A stretch of DNA of 63,697 nt, counting the filler, from Theionarchaea archaeon (GTDB taxonomy: Archaea; Methanobacteriota_B; Thermococci; Methanofastidiosales; SZ-28-30): assembly GCA_018992565.1 (NCBI GenBank). It is 3 parts of 3 records of this genome, joined end to end, with 100 filler letters (N's around TTAATTAATTAA, not from the genome) between each part and the next. Parts side by side here need not be neighbours in the genome. Positions count along the whole stretch, not along the records: positions 1 to 28,782 come from JACVGW010000026.1; positions 28,883 to 35,865 come from JACVGW010000115.1; 1 more part is not named here. One strand, 5' to 3'. The position numbers and the translations under genes were made by a program. Shown piece by piece: positions 19,482-30,626 of this stretch (its first letter is position 1; each line of letters begins with the position of its first letter). A model generated the notes under the pieces. It did no database searches. It was not told the origin of the DNA and worked only from the letters and a program-made list of their open reading frames with translations.

Positions 19482-20081
19482 CTAACTGTAACGTTCTTCC
19501 AGCCAGGGATCGCCCCTGTTGTGGTACCCATGTGATTCCCAAAAGCCTCTCTTATCTTCTGCCATAAACTCCACCCCTGTTACCCACTTGGCACTTTTCC
19601 AGAAATACAGCCTGGGGACAACCAGCCTCACTGGATATCCGTGGTCAGGAGTCAGGTCATTCCCATCGTACTTCACTGCAAAGAGTACATCTTCAGCGAA
19701 AAAGTCAGAAAGAGCCAGGTTTGTGGTGAACTGCTTCTCTGCATGAACCATCACATACCGGGCCTCGGGGCGGATGATAACCTGCTCTTTGATGACACTG
19801 GTGCTCACTCCTTCCCACATATTATTCAATTTTGACCATCCTGTGACACAATGAATATCTGAGAATACTTTCACTCTGGGTAAGGACATGAACTCCTCTA
19901 TATCAAAAGTCCTCCTCTCCTCTACCAGCCCAAAAATGGTGAATCTCCACTTCTCGATATCTACATGGCGGACATCACCGTATTGCAGTACTGGCCACTT
20001 CTCTGTCACTCTCTGCCCGGGAGGGATTCTATTCTCCCTCCTGGTGTCCGGACTTTCTATCATCTTGGTCATATATCCCAC
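19482..20081 (-). CDS. Sulfite oxidase-like molybdopterin oxidoreductase (YuiH-like)
   Basis: PPGQ, DIHCVTGWS, HGYPVRLVVPRLYFWKSAKW, GFWE..GYHNRGDPWLEERY. Confidence 0.9.
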   Translation of the reverse strand: MGYMTKMIESPDTRRENRIPPGQRVTEKWPVLQYGDVRHVDIEKWRFTIFGLVEERRTFDIEEFMSLPRVKVFSDIHCVTGWSKLNNMWEGVSTSVIKEQVIIRPEARYVMVHAEKQFTTNLALSDFFAEDVLFAVKYDGNDLTPDHGYPVRLVVPRLYFWKSAKWVTGVEFMAEDKRGFWESHGYHNRGDPWLEERYS

Positions 20082-20283
20082 GTTGAACCGATCCTTACAT
20101 ATCTACTATTCAAAACATTTATATACTTTGTCAATGAAAAGTGATAAGGCATAACAATGCCTGTAAAAAGGCAGCTTTCACACGCATCTCTAAAACAGAC
20201 CGTCCTTATGACTTCTATCTGGCCGAAATCACTGAGGACACCCCGTTCAAGGGACTGGACCGGAAAGCTGCAGGTGGATAGAG

Positions 20284-21378
20284 GTGAAATCCATAGCACA
20301 TTCTGAAATCAAGAAGGGTGGCCATATCAAGCCAAGAAGAGGGGTGGAACACACTAATTCATTCAGGATTTCAACTGAACCCAGAGCCAACAGAGTCTTG
20401 CTGGACTTTAATGAAAGCCCAAAGGGATGCTCTCCTCTTGTATTGAAAGCCTTGCATTCGCTGGAAATCAGTGATATATCCCGCTACCCTGATTATGACA
20501 GACTTTCCTGCAGGATTGCTGAGTATCACCGTATTAGCCCTGAATTCGTCTTCTTGACCAATGGCGCTGAGGAAGGAATTCGCTGCGTCATGGATGCGTA
20601 TGTGGATCAGGGGGACACAGTTGCCATGGCTTCTCCAACCTTCGGGATGATGAAAATCCTGGCTCAACTACGGGAAGCATCAATCAACGAGATACCCTAC
20701 TGTGAAGACCTTTCTTTCCCGCTGGAAAGGTTTCTGGAGTCTCTTGCATCGGGGGCTGCCCTGGTGGTCCTGGTAAACCCAGATAGCCCCACCGGGACAT
20801 TACTCAAAGAGAAAGAGGTACTGAAAATACTGGAAGCTTCTCCTGAAAGCATTGTGCTGATTGATGAAGTATATGCAGACTTCGCAGGGACTACCTGCAT
20901 ACCGTTAGTAAATGAGTATCCTAACCTGATTATAACCAGATCATTTTCGAAAGCATTTGGACTGGCTGGACTGCGATTGGGGTATGTGATCTCGCAGCCC
21001 CAGAATCTTGAACAATTATCCAAGGTGAGACTGCCCTTTTCAGTGAGCTCCCTGGCTGTCATTGCAGGGATGGCGGCTCTTGATGACACAGAATATTCTC
21101 AGACTATCATCCAGGACGTGAAAAGGGAGAAGGAATTCCTGTATAGGGAGCTGGAATCCATGGGGATTGATGTACATATGACCCACACCAATTTTGTATC
21201 TGTTAACTTGAATGAACGATGCCATGATGTGTACCAGGGACTTCTTCAGAAGAATATTCTGGTAAAGAGGCTGGGAGGGCCCTTACGTGGGGAGTGGCTG
21301 AGGATAACAGTAGGAAGTCACCACGATAACGTGATTCTTGTTGAAGCAATCAGAGATATCATCCAGCAGAACCCCTAG
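20284..21378 (+). CDS. Histidinol-phosphate aminotransferase family (HisC/CobD-like PLP enzyme)
   Basis: LDFNESP, TNGAEE, NPDSPTG, IDEVY, RSFSKAFGLAGLRLGY. Confidence 0.87.
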   Translation: MKSIAHSEIKKGGHIKPRRGVEHTNSFRISTEPRANRVLLDFNESPKGCSPLVLKALHSLEISDISRYPDYDRLSCRIAEYHRISPEFVFLTNGAEEGIRCVMDAYVDQGDTVAMASPTFGMMKILAQLREASINEIPYCEDLSFPLERFLESLASGAALVVLVNPDSPTGTLLKEKEVLKILEASPESIVLIDEVYADFAGTTCIPLVNEYPNLIITRSFSKAFGLAGLRLGYVISQPQNLEQLSKVRLPFSVSSLAVIAGMAALDDTEYSQTIIQDVKREKEFLYRELESMGIDVHMTHTNFVSVNLNERCHDVYQGLLQKNILVKRLGGPLRGEWLRITVGSHHDNVILVEAIRDIIQQNP

Positions 21379-21596
21379 AAGCCAAAGGTCACATAACCGC
21401 TGGTTGCTTGAGGATGAGACCTGAAGCGTGTTCCCGTTATGGTGCGTGAAGAGTACCTCCCGAATTCTGAATGCTAAATGTGTCGGATCACGACGTGCTG
21501 GCAAAATCCGTTATTCTCATTCTCAAAACTCCGCTAGTTGCGCACATTCCATCCCAATCAAGAAACCTATATAAACTGAACTGATGATTCCTGTAC

Positions 21597-22322
21597 ATGA
21601 TTCAGGTAAGAGGATTAACAAAAGTGTACAAGAAAGTGACAGCAGTCAATGATCTGTCTTTCACCATTAATGATGGAGAAATCTTTGGGCTGGTGGGACC
21701 CAACGGTGCAGGAAAGACAACCACACTGAAATGCCTGTGCGGGGTTGCCCTTCCCACTGAAGGGCTGGTCATGATTGACGATTACAACCTCTTGGAGAAC
21801 GAACAGGAAGCAAAACGGTTGCTTGCCTTTGTGCCGGAGACTCCTAACCCTTACGAAATTCTCACCGTATATGAGCACATGAAATTCATCGCATTGCTGT
21901 ACTCCGTCCCCGACCCAGATCCAAAAATCGATGAATTGTTGAATCTATTTGAGCTTTCTCAGAAGAGAAATGATCTGGTTAATTCCTTGTCTAAAGGAAT
22001 GAAACAAAAGCTGACAATCTGCTGCGCGTTGGTACATGATCCAAAGATCCTCCTGCTTGATGAACCTCTGATCGGCATTGACCCCCGCGGGGCCAGAACC
22101 CTCAAAGACGTACTCCTTGAAAGAGCTGCACAGAAAAAGACCGTACTGATCAGTTCGCACATGCTGTACCTGGTGGAAGAATTATGCAACCGAATCCTGA
22201 TCATTGATCAGGGGAAGAAAATCGCAGAAGGTACCCTGCAGGACATTAGAAAAACGGCACTTGCATCTTCAGATGCTTCACTGGAAGAAGTATTCCTGAA
22301 GATCACGGAGGAGCCCCAATGA
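21597..22322 (+). CDS. ABC transporter ATP-binding protein
   Basis: GPNGAGKTT, LSKGMKQK, LLDEP, SSH. Confidence 0.95.
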   Translation: MIQVRGLTKVYKKVTAVNDLSFTINDGEIFGLVGPNGAGKTTTLKCLCGVALPTEGLVMIDDYNLLENEQEAKRLLAFVPETPNPYEILTVYEHMKFIALLYSVPDPDPKIDELLNLFELSQKRNDLVNSLSKGMKQKLTICCALVHDPKILLLDEPLIGIDPRGARTLKDVLLERAAQKKTVLISSHMLYLVEELCNRILIIDQGKKIAEGTLQDIRKTALASSDASLEEVFLKITEEPQ

Positions 22323-23884
22323 ATGCTTTTCTTTACCTGGGTTTACACCTCGTAAAGAACAGGCTCATATCCACAGTCAAGAATCCCAAGCAGGTAATTC
22401 CTTTTCTGGTAATTGGGTTGGTAGGTGCCTTTCCCCTTCTCACATTGTACACCCTGGGACTCCCACCCACAGACCTCCCGTTTACGGCGCTGAGCATCAA
22501 CCCTGCTCTCTTTTCTTTTATGGGTATAACACTGTGGCTGATGGTATTCTATTCTATAACTGGCAACGCATTGGTATTCTCTTTGCCTGAAATTGATTTT
22601 CTATTTCCGTCCCCCTTGAGCAGGCGGACTATTCTACTCAATCGTACACTAACGCAATATGCTGTCCATGCGGCTCTTGCCTTCGTGTCAGCAGGATTCC
22701 TCTTCTGGGTCCTCTCTCTTGCATTTGTGTTCAGTGTATGGCACCGACTCGTCTTCTCCTGGATAGCCTTTACCCTGTTGATGATTCTTGCCTTTAATCT
22801 GGGCTGGCTCATTGTGTTGCTGGGCTCAAACCTGTCTGAGCTGAAGTATTCTCGTCTCAAGACTGTCGTTGGTGGGATATGGTTGGTTGTTATAGGCATA
22901 TTCCTGGCTGCAGTGTATCAGGAAATGGTTAAAGGAGCTGAGCTGAGTGATGCAGCACTATCTGTTTTCAACTCCACTGTTATGCGAGCAGCCATGGCCC
23001 CTGCTGCTCTGGCTGTCGACGTGGCCGTGGTCTGGAAAATATCTCTTTCAGTTATAGCAAAAATCCTGGGACTACTTCTTATTGACGTTGTCACATTAGG
23101 TGCAGTCCTCTCTGTCAAAAGCCACTACTATGAGGCTTCAGAAGCTATCAGTAGGAAGCGATGGATCCTGCAAAAAAAAGCGTACGCCAAAGAAGTCGTG
23201 GTTTCTGAGTCTTTTGCCAGAAAGATGTTCAAGATTCGACCTTTCGGTATGGGACCTACTGCTTTGATCTGGAAGAATCTGATAAGTGCTCTCAGAGACA
23301 TAAGGAATCTGGGAGCTGTCAGTGCCCTGGCAGCCTTCTATTTCATATACTCATACATCCTTGGCGAGTCCAGTGTGGTCTTTTCAATCCCGCTGGCCCT
23401 GATAGCAGCAAACAACCTACGCTGGGATCTCCGCGAAGACATTCGAAGAGTTGAGATCATAAAACTGATACCAGAGTCCAATTGGAGGATCATCTTGTCC
23501 GAAATTGCTGTCCCATCTGTGCTTGCCATGGCAGTATCCTACGCTTTCCTGATCACCTCTTTTCTGGCCTTTCCCATGCACGGGATTGAGGCTGAGCTTT
23601 TCTGGTTTTCCCTGGTTTTCCTTCCCTTGTTCTGTATTATAGCAACAGCACTGTGCAACGTGGCGGTCTTATACTATCCCCCGCAGACTGAGAGCCAGAT
23701 GTTAGCAACTGTAATAGGACTGATTCTCACAGGCGTGGTGTTTGCTCCCTTGCTGGTTCTCATACTCATAGTCCAGGGCTTCTACAGCATACTCCTGGCG
23801 TTACTGGCTTATGGAATAATTGCATTCTTTTCCCTGAAGCTGCTAGAAAGAAAGTATAGGCTCTTTGAAATCATATCGGGATAA
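22319..23884 (+). CDS. ABC exporter permease
   Basis: ATGA overlap with ATPase, ~12 TMs, EIDFLFPSPLSR motif. Confidence 0.85.
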   Translation: MNAFLYLGLHLVKNRLISTVKNPKQVIPFLVIGLVGAFPLLTLYTLGLPPTDLPFTALSINPALFSFMGITLWLMVFYSITGNALVFSLPEIDFLFPSPLSRRTILLNRTLTQYAVHAALAFVSAGFLFWVLSLAFVFSVWHRLVFSWIAFTLLMILAFNLGWLIVLLGSNLSELKYSRLKTVVGGIWLVVIGIFLAAVYQEMVKGAELSDAALSVFNSTVMRAAMAPAALAVDVAVVWKISLSVIAKILGLLLIDVVTLGAVLSVKSHYYEASEAISRKRWILQKKAYAKEVVVSESFARKMFKIRPFGMGPTALIWKNLISALRDIRNLGAVSALAAFYFIYSYILGESSVVFSIPLALIAANNLRWDLREDIRRVEIIKLIPESNWRIILSEIAVPSVLAMAVSYAFLITSFLAFPMHGIEAELFWFSLVFLPLFCIIATALCNVAVLYYPPQTESQMLATVIGLILTGVVFAPLLVLILIVQGFYSILLALLAYGIIAFFSLKLLERKYRLFEIISG

Positions 23885-24109
23885 CCACTATCTAATCAGC
23901 GTCTCCGTGCTGAAGCGTGACGAGACCCTCTCTCACTTATACGTCCTTGTCGACCGAACCCTTGACATTGACTCATGACGTGCCATGGCTACGTATCATT
24001 GGATTATTACATATTCTGCGCGCATGGACTGATTAACAGCAAGACTGAAACCGTGTTTTGGGAATCATCTTTCCAGGAAACGAAATCTTTTTATACCCTC
24101 GCTGCGTAG

Positions 24110-24126
24110 TGACTGGTAATCAGTCA
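24110..24126. promoter_or_regulatory. Candidate TetR operator TGACTG-N5-CAGTCA
   Basis: Inverted repeat between TTTTTATA box and tetR start; matches the site at 24812. Confidence 0.7.
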
Positions 24127-24136
24127 AGTGATTTCC

Positions 24137-24784
24137 ATGACAAGAGTAACCAAGAATCCTGAAATTCGGAAGGAGGAACTCATAGAGATTGCAGAAGAAT
24201 TGTTTGCCATAAAAGGATACGAGGAAACACCAGTATCAGACATTGTGAAGAAAGCACAGGTAGCACAGGGGACATTCTACTACTACTTCAAATCAAAGGA
24301 CGAAATACTGGATAGTGTCGTAGACCGGTTAATCTCTGAGAGTGCAGCTTTCATTAGAGAGCAGAGCCAGAGAGAGGATATTGACGCTATTCAGAAAATC
24401 ATAGCAAGTATCAAGATGTTCTATCAATTTGGGACTGAACACAAAGGACTCATCAGCTTCTTTCACCAGGAGAAGAACAGCCTCCTCCACATCAAGATGG
24501 AAAAGAAAACTGAAGCTGCAATCGTGCCGATTTTCGCTGATATAATCAAACAGGGAGTTGAAGAAGGACTTTTTGATACAAAATACCCCAGAGAAGCTTC
24601 TTCGGTGATTTTTTCATGTTGGGATAGGCTTTTTGATCCATCAGGGTTCGCCTCTACCTCTCTCGAATCCAAGAAGCAACTGATCGTGGCAGGGTTCTCC
24701 ATTATAGAGAGAGTGCTGGGCGCACAGAACGGGTCATTAACAAGGTCTATTCTAGAGATGCTGGAGGTACACCACGGGGAGTAG
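24137..24784 (+). CDS. TetR/AcrR family regulator
   Basis: AEELFAIKGYEET.VSDIVKKAQVAQGTFYYYFKSKDEIL. Confidence 0.95.
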   Translation: MTRVTKNPEIRKEELIEIAEELFAIKGYEETPVSDIVKKAQVAQGTFYYYFKSKDEILDSVVDRLISESAAFIREQSQREDIDAIQKIIASIKMFYQFGTEHKGLISFFHQEKNSLLHIKMEKKTEAAIVPIFADIIKQGVEEGLFDTKYPREASSVIFSCWDRLFDPSGFASTSLESKKQLIVAGFSIIERVLGAQNGSLTRSILEMLEVHHGE

Positions 24785-24811
24785 AATCCCCTTTTTTTTG
24801 TTTTGCATCAA

Positions 24812-24830
24812 TTGACTGACTGTCAGTCAA
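24812..24830. promoter_or_regulatory. Perfect palindrome TTGACTGAC-T-GTCAGTCAA, candidate TetR operator
   Basis: 9-1-9 palindrome upstream of the methyltransferase RBS, after a T-tract (24792-24804). Confidence 0.75.
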
Positions 24831-24865
24831 GATTTTGAAAAGAAACCTGCAGGAGGTGAAAAGAA

Positions 24866-25717
24866 ATGATAGAAACTTCAGAAAAAGAGGTGAATGAGGA
24901 ACATGCATTAGCCATCAAGCGTTCACAGGTGGAGATAGTGTGTCCTGGCTGCAGATCAGGGGAATTAGACCGTGTGCCCTTTAATGGCAATGTCCACTGC
25001 AGGAAGTGCGGTGCTGCATACAGAGTAAACGGGACTATTATTGACGTGCTTCCCGAGTATACTGTCAAACGGTACTTCTGGCATGACATTGTTGAATGGG
25101 ACTTCTTCGTTGATGTGTATGAAAGCTGGTTCTGGAGATCTGGTCCATACGGCAATATTGTATTTGGAATCTCATTTGACGATGAATTCAAGCTAATTTC
25201 AAATATCCATCAGATCAAAGGAAAGAAATCTCTGGTAGACATTGCCTGCGGTCCAGGGATCTATTCGCGTCCTTTTGCCAGGCAATTGAATGAGGGTACT
25301 GTTGTTGGGCTGGATTTGTCCATGCCTATGCTGGAATATGCTAGCACGAAAGCTCAACATATCAACAACCTGTTCTTCATACATGGAGATGCTCAAGACC
25401 TTCCTTTCTTTGAGAATTCCCTTGATGGTGCCAACTGCTGTGGAGCGCTCCACTTGTTCCCTGACATCCCCCGAACACTCAAGGGGGTATTAAGGGTTCT
25501 CAAACCAGGAGCACACTTCACAGTGGCCACAGTGAAAGTGCCTAATATCGGGCCTGTATCACGAAAACTCAGTTACTGGTACCATAGGTATGGGGGCGTG
25601 AAATCCTTTGTTCCAGAAGAGCTCGAACGTCTGTTTGGAGAGGCAGGGTTCACAGATTTCGTGTGTCATCATGCAGTCCGCTGGTGGACTATAGTGAGCG
25701 CACAAAAGCCAGGCTAG
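24866..25717 (+). CDS. Class I SAM methyltransferase with N-terminal Zn ribbon
   Basis: CPGC..CRKC; VDIACGPG, GLDLS, GDAQDLPF, RVLKPG; GGAGGTGA RBS. Confidence 0.9.
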   Translation: MIETSEKEVNEEHALAIKRSQVEIVCPGCRSGELDRVPFNGNVHCRKCGAAYRVNGTIIDVLPEYTVKRYFWHDIVEWDFFVDVYESWFWRSGPYGNIVFGISFDDEFKLISNIHQIKGKKSLVDIACGPGIYSRPFARQLNEGTVVGLDLSMPMLEYASTKAQHINNLFFIHGDAQDLPFFENSLDGANCCGALHLFPDIPRTLKGVLRVLKPGAHFTVATVKVPNIGPVSRKLSYWYHRYGGVKSFVPEELERLFGEAGFTDFVCHHAVRWWTIVSAQKPG

Positions 25718-25814
25718 TCTCTTCATCGGGATTCATCTTTAAGATTGAATCCCTACTTTCTGAAAGGCAGTCTGGTTATCAAGGACCAAAACCCACTACG
25801 GAAGTTGGCACAAT

Positions 25815-27525
25815 TCACTGCAAATACGTACCAGCGCGAGACCATACCATATGACTTTCAAGAGATTCATCAATATAGTCCTGCACCACCTCTTCCAACA
25901 CTGATAGAGGCATGCTTCCATTCCCCAGGACTATTCTGTGAAACTCTTTAATATCAAAAGCATCTCCCAGGGCGTCCATGGCTCTCTGCCGTAGCTCCAG
26001 AATCGTGAGCATGCCCACCATATAGGCTGTGGCCTGACCTGGCCAGGCAATGTACCGGCTGATCTCGAACTCAACATTGACAACATCAGAGTTCTTATAT
26101 CCCACATTTTCTTCCATGAATCGCTCAGCCTCATCAAAGGTCCAGCCCTTGGTGTGAATACCTGTATCCACCACCAGGCGGGCTGCTCTGAATGCTTCGT
26201 ACTGCAGCCTTCCCAGATTACCATAGGGATCATCAGCATACCATCCCAGTTCGTATGCCAGGCGTTCAGCATACAGGGCCCACCCCTCAGTGTACCCGGT
26301 GAAGATGAGATCTGTCCTGAAAAAGGGCACATCCAGTTCCTGGGCAATACTTATCTGAAAGTGATGTCCGGGGACTGCCTCATGGTACGCAAGGGATGGC
26401 ATCCCGTACCGGAGTTCCCTGCCTGTCACGTTAGCATAAAAGGCCCCTGGTCGTGAGCCATCGAGAGAGCCAGACATGTAGTAGTCCCCTTCAGAACCGG
26501 CAACAACAATCACGTCTGCAGTGTGAGCGATATCAAAGACGGGATCCAGGTTCTGCTCTGCTTCCTCTATTAGGGTTTGATACATTTCTGCCACATCACT
26601 GCCAGAAATAGACCCAGAATCCCGTGAGACCCTTTGGAACAGATCAGAGAGACTCTCATCTGAAGGGTAACCCAGTTCATCAAAGATGATGCGCATTTCC
26701 TGGTGGATCCTTTCCAGTTCACGTAGCCCTAGCTCATATATTTCCTGGGCAGTCAAATCAGTTGTCGTATGGTGACGGAGTGTATACGAGTAATACTCCT
26801 CTCCCTCTGGAAACTGCCACACTCCATCGTCAGTGGGAGCCTCAGATTCGAGATCCTCGAGATACTGTGCAAGCTTACCATATCCCGGTATCACGGCCTC
26901 CTGAATTGCCTTTTCAGCTGCCTGGAGCAGCATCTGTTTTTCCTCGGTAGTGATGTCGAGGTTCTCCACCTTCTCCTGAAAAGCTGTATAGAAGGGAAGA
27001 TACTTTGGGGTTCCCTGTGCCATGCCTCTAATGCTGTACAGGGACCACTGAATTACAAATTTCGGCGAGATTACTCCTGCCTCTTTTCGTTTCTGTAATG
27101 CTTCTATCAGCTGCTCCATCTTGGTGTCAACCTGCTCCAGACACGCAATATAATCCTCGGCATCCTGAAGGGTAGCCACGGGATGAATTTCAGTAAAAAA
27201 CTGCAGCAGCTGATACTGGACACCTGTTACGAAATGCGTTACCGGATAATCATAGTACATGAATTCACGGCCACGAATCATGTCCTCCAAGAACCATTCA
27301 TACACCTGGTATGATACTCTCTGTTCTCTTGACAGCGTGGACACATCATAGTCGTGGAGTATCTTCAGGATTCCTTCCTGCAGCTTCTGTGTTTCCTTCA
27401 CATAATNNNNNNNNNNNNNNNNNNNNNNNNNNNNNNNNNNNNNNNNNNNNNNNNNNNNNNNNNNNNNNNNNNNNNNNNNNNNNNNNNNNNNNNNNNNNNN
27501 NNNNNNTCATAGAAAACCACTTCAT
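25815..27525 (-). CDS. DUF885 family protein (metallopeptidase-like; 5' part crosses gap 27407-27506)
   Basis: HEAVPGHHFQ, YTEGWALYAE, RAARLVVDTGIH, RYIAWPGQATAY; probable start MKWFSM at 27525 beyond the gap. Confidence 0.85.
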
Positions 27526-28082
27526 GAATAGTGACCTGCTTCCTCCTTTCTTTTCTTTGTGAACCAAGGACTGAGCAGGACGACCTGCAGCCGCCACTGC
27601 AGACAGAGCAACACTTCCCACAACCACAATATTTCTTGTCATAGTACCATCTCACTTCCCTGATTGCTACCAGATATACTACATAGTAGCTATTATAATT
27701 AGTAGTAGCTCTATAAATAGATTTCGGTGGGATCAGAGGACGATAAATCAGCAGGTTGAAGATAGTGAGTGCGATCAAACTCACATTGGATGACGCAAGA
27801 GCATGATGAACCGGGAGGAATCCTGCCGGAGCGCAAATCATTTTTCAGCCTCTCCTGCTTTTCGGAGGGGCGTGAAATCCTGAAAGGTATAGGTGGAATA
27901 ATCATCGGTAACCCTTATAAATTTGGACAGACTTGGAGCAGTAAGTGATAAGAGAAATAGAATGCTGTCTCTTTTGTTATAGCTAGAACATCGCAGAAGC
28001 CATATGCAAGAAAGCACAGGTGACATTATGTCTGCCCGAACCCTACAGGTAAGAGACCTTTGCTGGTTTGAGGGGATTTCTC

Positions 28083-28782
28083 ATGCTTAAAGGAAGAAAA
28101 ACTGACAATTTTAGCATGAGAGTCTACCTGGAGACTATTGAAGGAATTGTGGGACAACATGGGCTAAAATCCGTTTTAAATTATGCCCACCTCCAAAAAT
28201 ATATTGGTAATTTTCCTCCTCTTAATGATAGGACTGATATTCCCCTGGAAGATCTCCAGATGCTATGCCGTTCTCTTCTTGAATTGTTCGGGAGGAGGGG
28301 CATTCGCAACCTTCAATTACGAATTGGGAGAGAGATAGTCAAGAAGAGCTTTGAGAAGTACTCGCGGGTAACGCGATTGTTGCTGCGTCTACGGTTTCTG
28401 AGCCCTGAACAATCACGGTTGAAACATGCCTTAATATTATTGATAAGAGTCGTCAAGAAAAGGTACCCTTCAGAAGGAGGTACATCACAGCCTCAGTTGA
28501 AACTGGATGAAGAGGAAGATTGCTTTCTAATCACTTTCAGAGACAACTGGGAAAGTGAGGACGTTTTGTCCCCCTCGCCTGTGTGTCATGTCACCATAGG
28601 TGCTATTGCAGCCCTGGCCGAATGGGCCACAGGGCATGTGTATGATGTGAGAGAGATTGAATGTAGAGCCATGGGGTATCCTGTCGATGTATTCAGGATT
28701 TCAAGGGCATATGAGAAAGAAGTTGTAAAGGGCTCTTACGATTCATCGAAGGATAGGTTGAGACCGTTTTTGATTCGGTTTT
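28083..28782 (+). CDS. V4R (4-vinyl reductase) domain protein, 3' end at contig break
   Basis: VG..GLKSVLNYAHL..YI.N.PP, PVCH, EWATG..YDVREIECRAMGYP.D.F.I. Confidence 0.85.
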
Positions 28783-28882
28783 NNNNNNNNNNNNNNNNNN
28801 NNNNNNNNNNNNNNNNNNNNNNNNNNTTAATTAATTAANNNNNNNNNNNNNNNNNNNNNNNNNNNNNNNNNNNNNNNNNNNN
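28783..28882. other. Artificial contig-join linker
   Basis: 44 N + TTAATTAATTAA (stops in all frames) + 44 N. Confidence 0.95.
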
Positions 28883-29142
28883 TGATGGTTGGCACAGACG
28901 TGGCACGGGCAGTGGTTATGTGTGGCCTTGCCGTGCCTGTAGTAGGATTTCCATTACTGGTAGGTGCAGGTGTGTTCTCGCCCTGGTTCTTGTTCTATCT
29001 AGGCCTAGTGCCCTGGATGGCTTATATCTTCATACTCATGGGCAAGAGCAACTCCTATGAAAAAGCTTATATAAACTGTTTCTTTCTGTGCACAGCGAGC
29101 ATTTTCCTCTCAGGAATTGCATTTGCAGGAGGAATTCCATGA
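28883..29142 (+). CDS. C-terminal fragment of a membrane protein, possibly UbiA-family prenyltransferase
   Basis: Begins at contig edge with MVGTDVARAV (resembles the segment after the UbiA T.PV motif), then 3 TMs; stop overlaps next ATG. Confidence 0.45.
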
Positions 29143-30374
29143 GTCTCACTGAAAAAATACGTCTAGTCCCGATTTCATACCAGGCCATCATAGCCACTCT
29201 TGGGCTCTGCGCAGTCATCTATCTCTACTACGTGGGGGGCATCTGGACCCAATTCGCGGCTATTATCCTGTTCCTCGGCGTCCTTTACATGTGGAGTAGT
29301 ACTATTAGAGGGTTTGATGACTTTCAGTTCAAGAATCAGGACCTGCCCTTGAATATTGGAGTAGGATTGGTTCTTGGGTTGGCAATGTTTCTTATTTTTG
29401 TAGTATACCGCGGACTGAGTCTGTCCAGCATTACCTTCAATGCGTCAATTGTGGTTGCAGTGGTAGTGGTAGCTGCTGCAGAGGAGTTTTTCTTCCGAGG
29501 ATATCTTCAGGGGAAGCTGTCAGATAGCTTTGGACTTATCACCAAAATTATCATTGTCACAGTACTCTTCGGATTGTATAAGGTGTCAGTATTCTCTTCT
29601 TTGCGTTCCCCTCTGTCCCTCCTGGAGATTGTGGGCATCAGCTGCATTGGGTCAGTCATTCTGAGCATGGAAATGGAAAAAACTCAGAATCTGTTGGCCC
29701 CTGTCATAAGCCATGTCATCTGGGATGTTCTGGTGTATAGCAATATGACATCAGTGCCTTCCTGGATCGTAATTACGCCGGAATGGACGGAGACTCTATA
29801 CAATTACCTGTTTAGATTCAGTGGACTCTTTTGTAGCCAGTGGGAGCTCTCTTCATATTTCTTTTCGGGAAGACAGTTCGTAACCTGTTCGGGATGTACT
29901 GGGATATTCTTGGGAGTATTCTTTGCCTTCTTCCTCTTTCAGAAGGACCTCTTTGAGAAGTTGCATACCAAGAAGTTTTACGTACCCGGGCTACTCCCCC
30001 AGATACTCATGTTCTTTGGGCTAAATATCCTCGATGAACTGGGAGTCCTTAAATCCGAAGCTCTCAGTACATTCCAGCTGCAGATAGTCAACTACAGCTA
30101 CACAGTCTTTGGGCTACTCCTGGGATTCACAGGCAGTGTTCTCATGATCAATGTGGTGAGAATGGACAGTGAACGGTGGAGTTCGAGGGTAGAGGGCTGG
30201 CTCAGAGACTATCAATATCTCGTGATCCCCGCTCTGCTCCTGGCTTTCCTTTCTGATCCTATGAGCAATCCTCAAATGAGTGCTCTGATTTTCTTTGCCA
30301 TATTGGTTGTCCTTGGGATACTGACTGCAGTGAGCTTCCTGATAGTCTTGATAGCCTCAATAGTGGTGCGATGA
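29139..30374 (+). CDS. CPBP (Abi/CAAX) intramembrane glutamic protease fused to a DUF2085-like domain
   Basis: AAEEFFFRGYL, FGLYK, APVISHVIWD; then FCSQ...FSGRQFVTCSGCTGIFLG. Confidence 0.8.
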   Translation: MSLTEKIRLVPISYQAIIATLGLCAVIYLYYVGGIWTQFAAIILFLGVLYMWSSTIRGFDDFQFKNQDLPLNIGVGLVLGLAMFLIFVVYRGLSLSSITFNASIVVAVVVVAAAEEFFFRGYLQGKLSDSFGLITKIIIVTVLFGLYKVSVFSSLRSPLSLLEIVGISCIGSVILSMEMEKTQNLLAPVISHVIWDVLVYSNMTSVPSWIVITPEWTETLYNYLFRFSGLFCSQWELSSYFFSGRQFVTCSGCTGIFLGVFFAFFLFQKDLFEKLHTKKFYVPGLLPQILMFFGLNILDELGVLKSEALSTFQLQIVNYSYTVFGLLLGFTGSVLMINVVRMDSERWSSRVEGWLRDYQYLVIPALLLAFLSDPMSNPQMSALIFFAILVVLGILTAVSFLIVLIASIVVR

Positions 30375-30626
30375 GAGCTCACTGGGCAGACAGAAATACT
30401 GATGAAGTCACGTTCTCAGTTATTGTCCAGTAGGAAAACACCCCTTTTTCTTATTTCTTATTGTTGAGTAACATAGTTGATCTTAGAAAGCAAAAAATAT
30501 TTCTCTTTTTCTTATAATAAATGTAAAACATTGAAGTGATAACCGAAAAATTTATATAGGTGCAAATGAAGGAAACCATGTGCCTGCCTCGTGCAGTTGC
30601 ATAATAGAGAAAAAGGAGGTGAAAAT

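Noticed and set aside
27526..27642. MTRNIVVVGSVALSAVAAAGR, resembling an FAD-binding N-terminus upstream of DUF885
   Set aside because: Too short, lacks an intact GxGxxG and runs into a gap; at most a gene remnant
28827..28838. TTAATTAATTAA palindrome (also 35910-35921)
   Set aside because: Embedded in N runs; an artificial six-frame-stop contig linker
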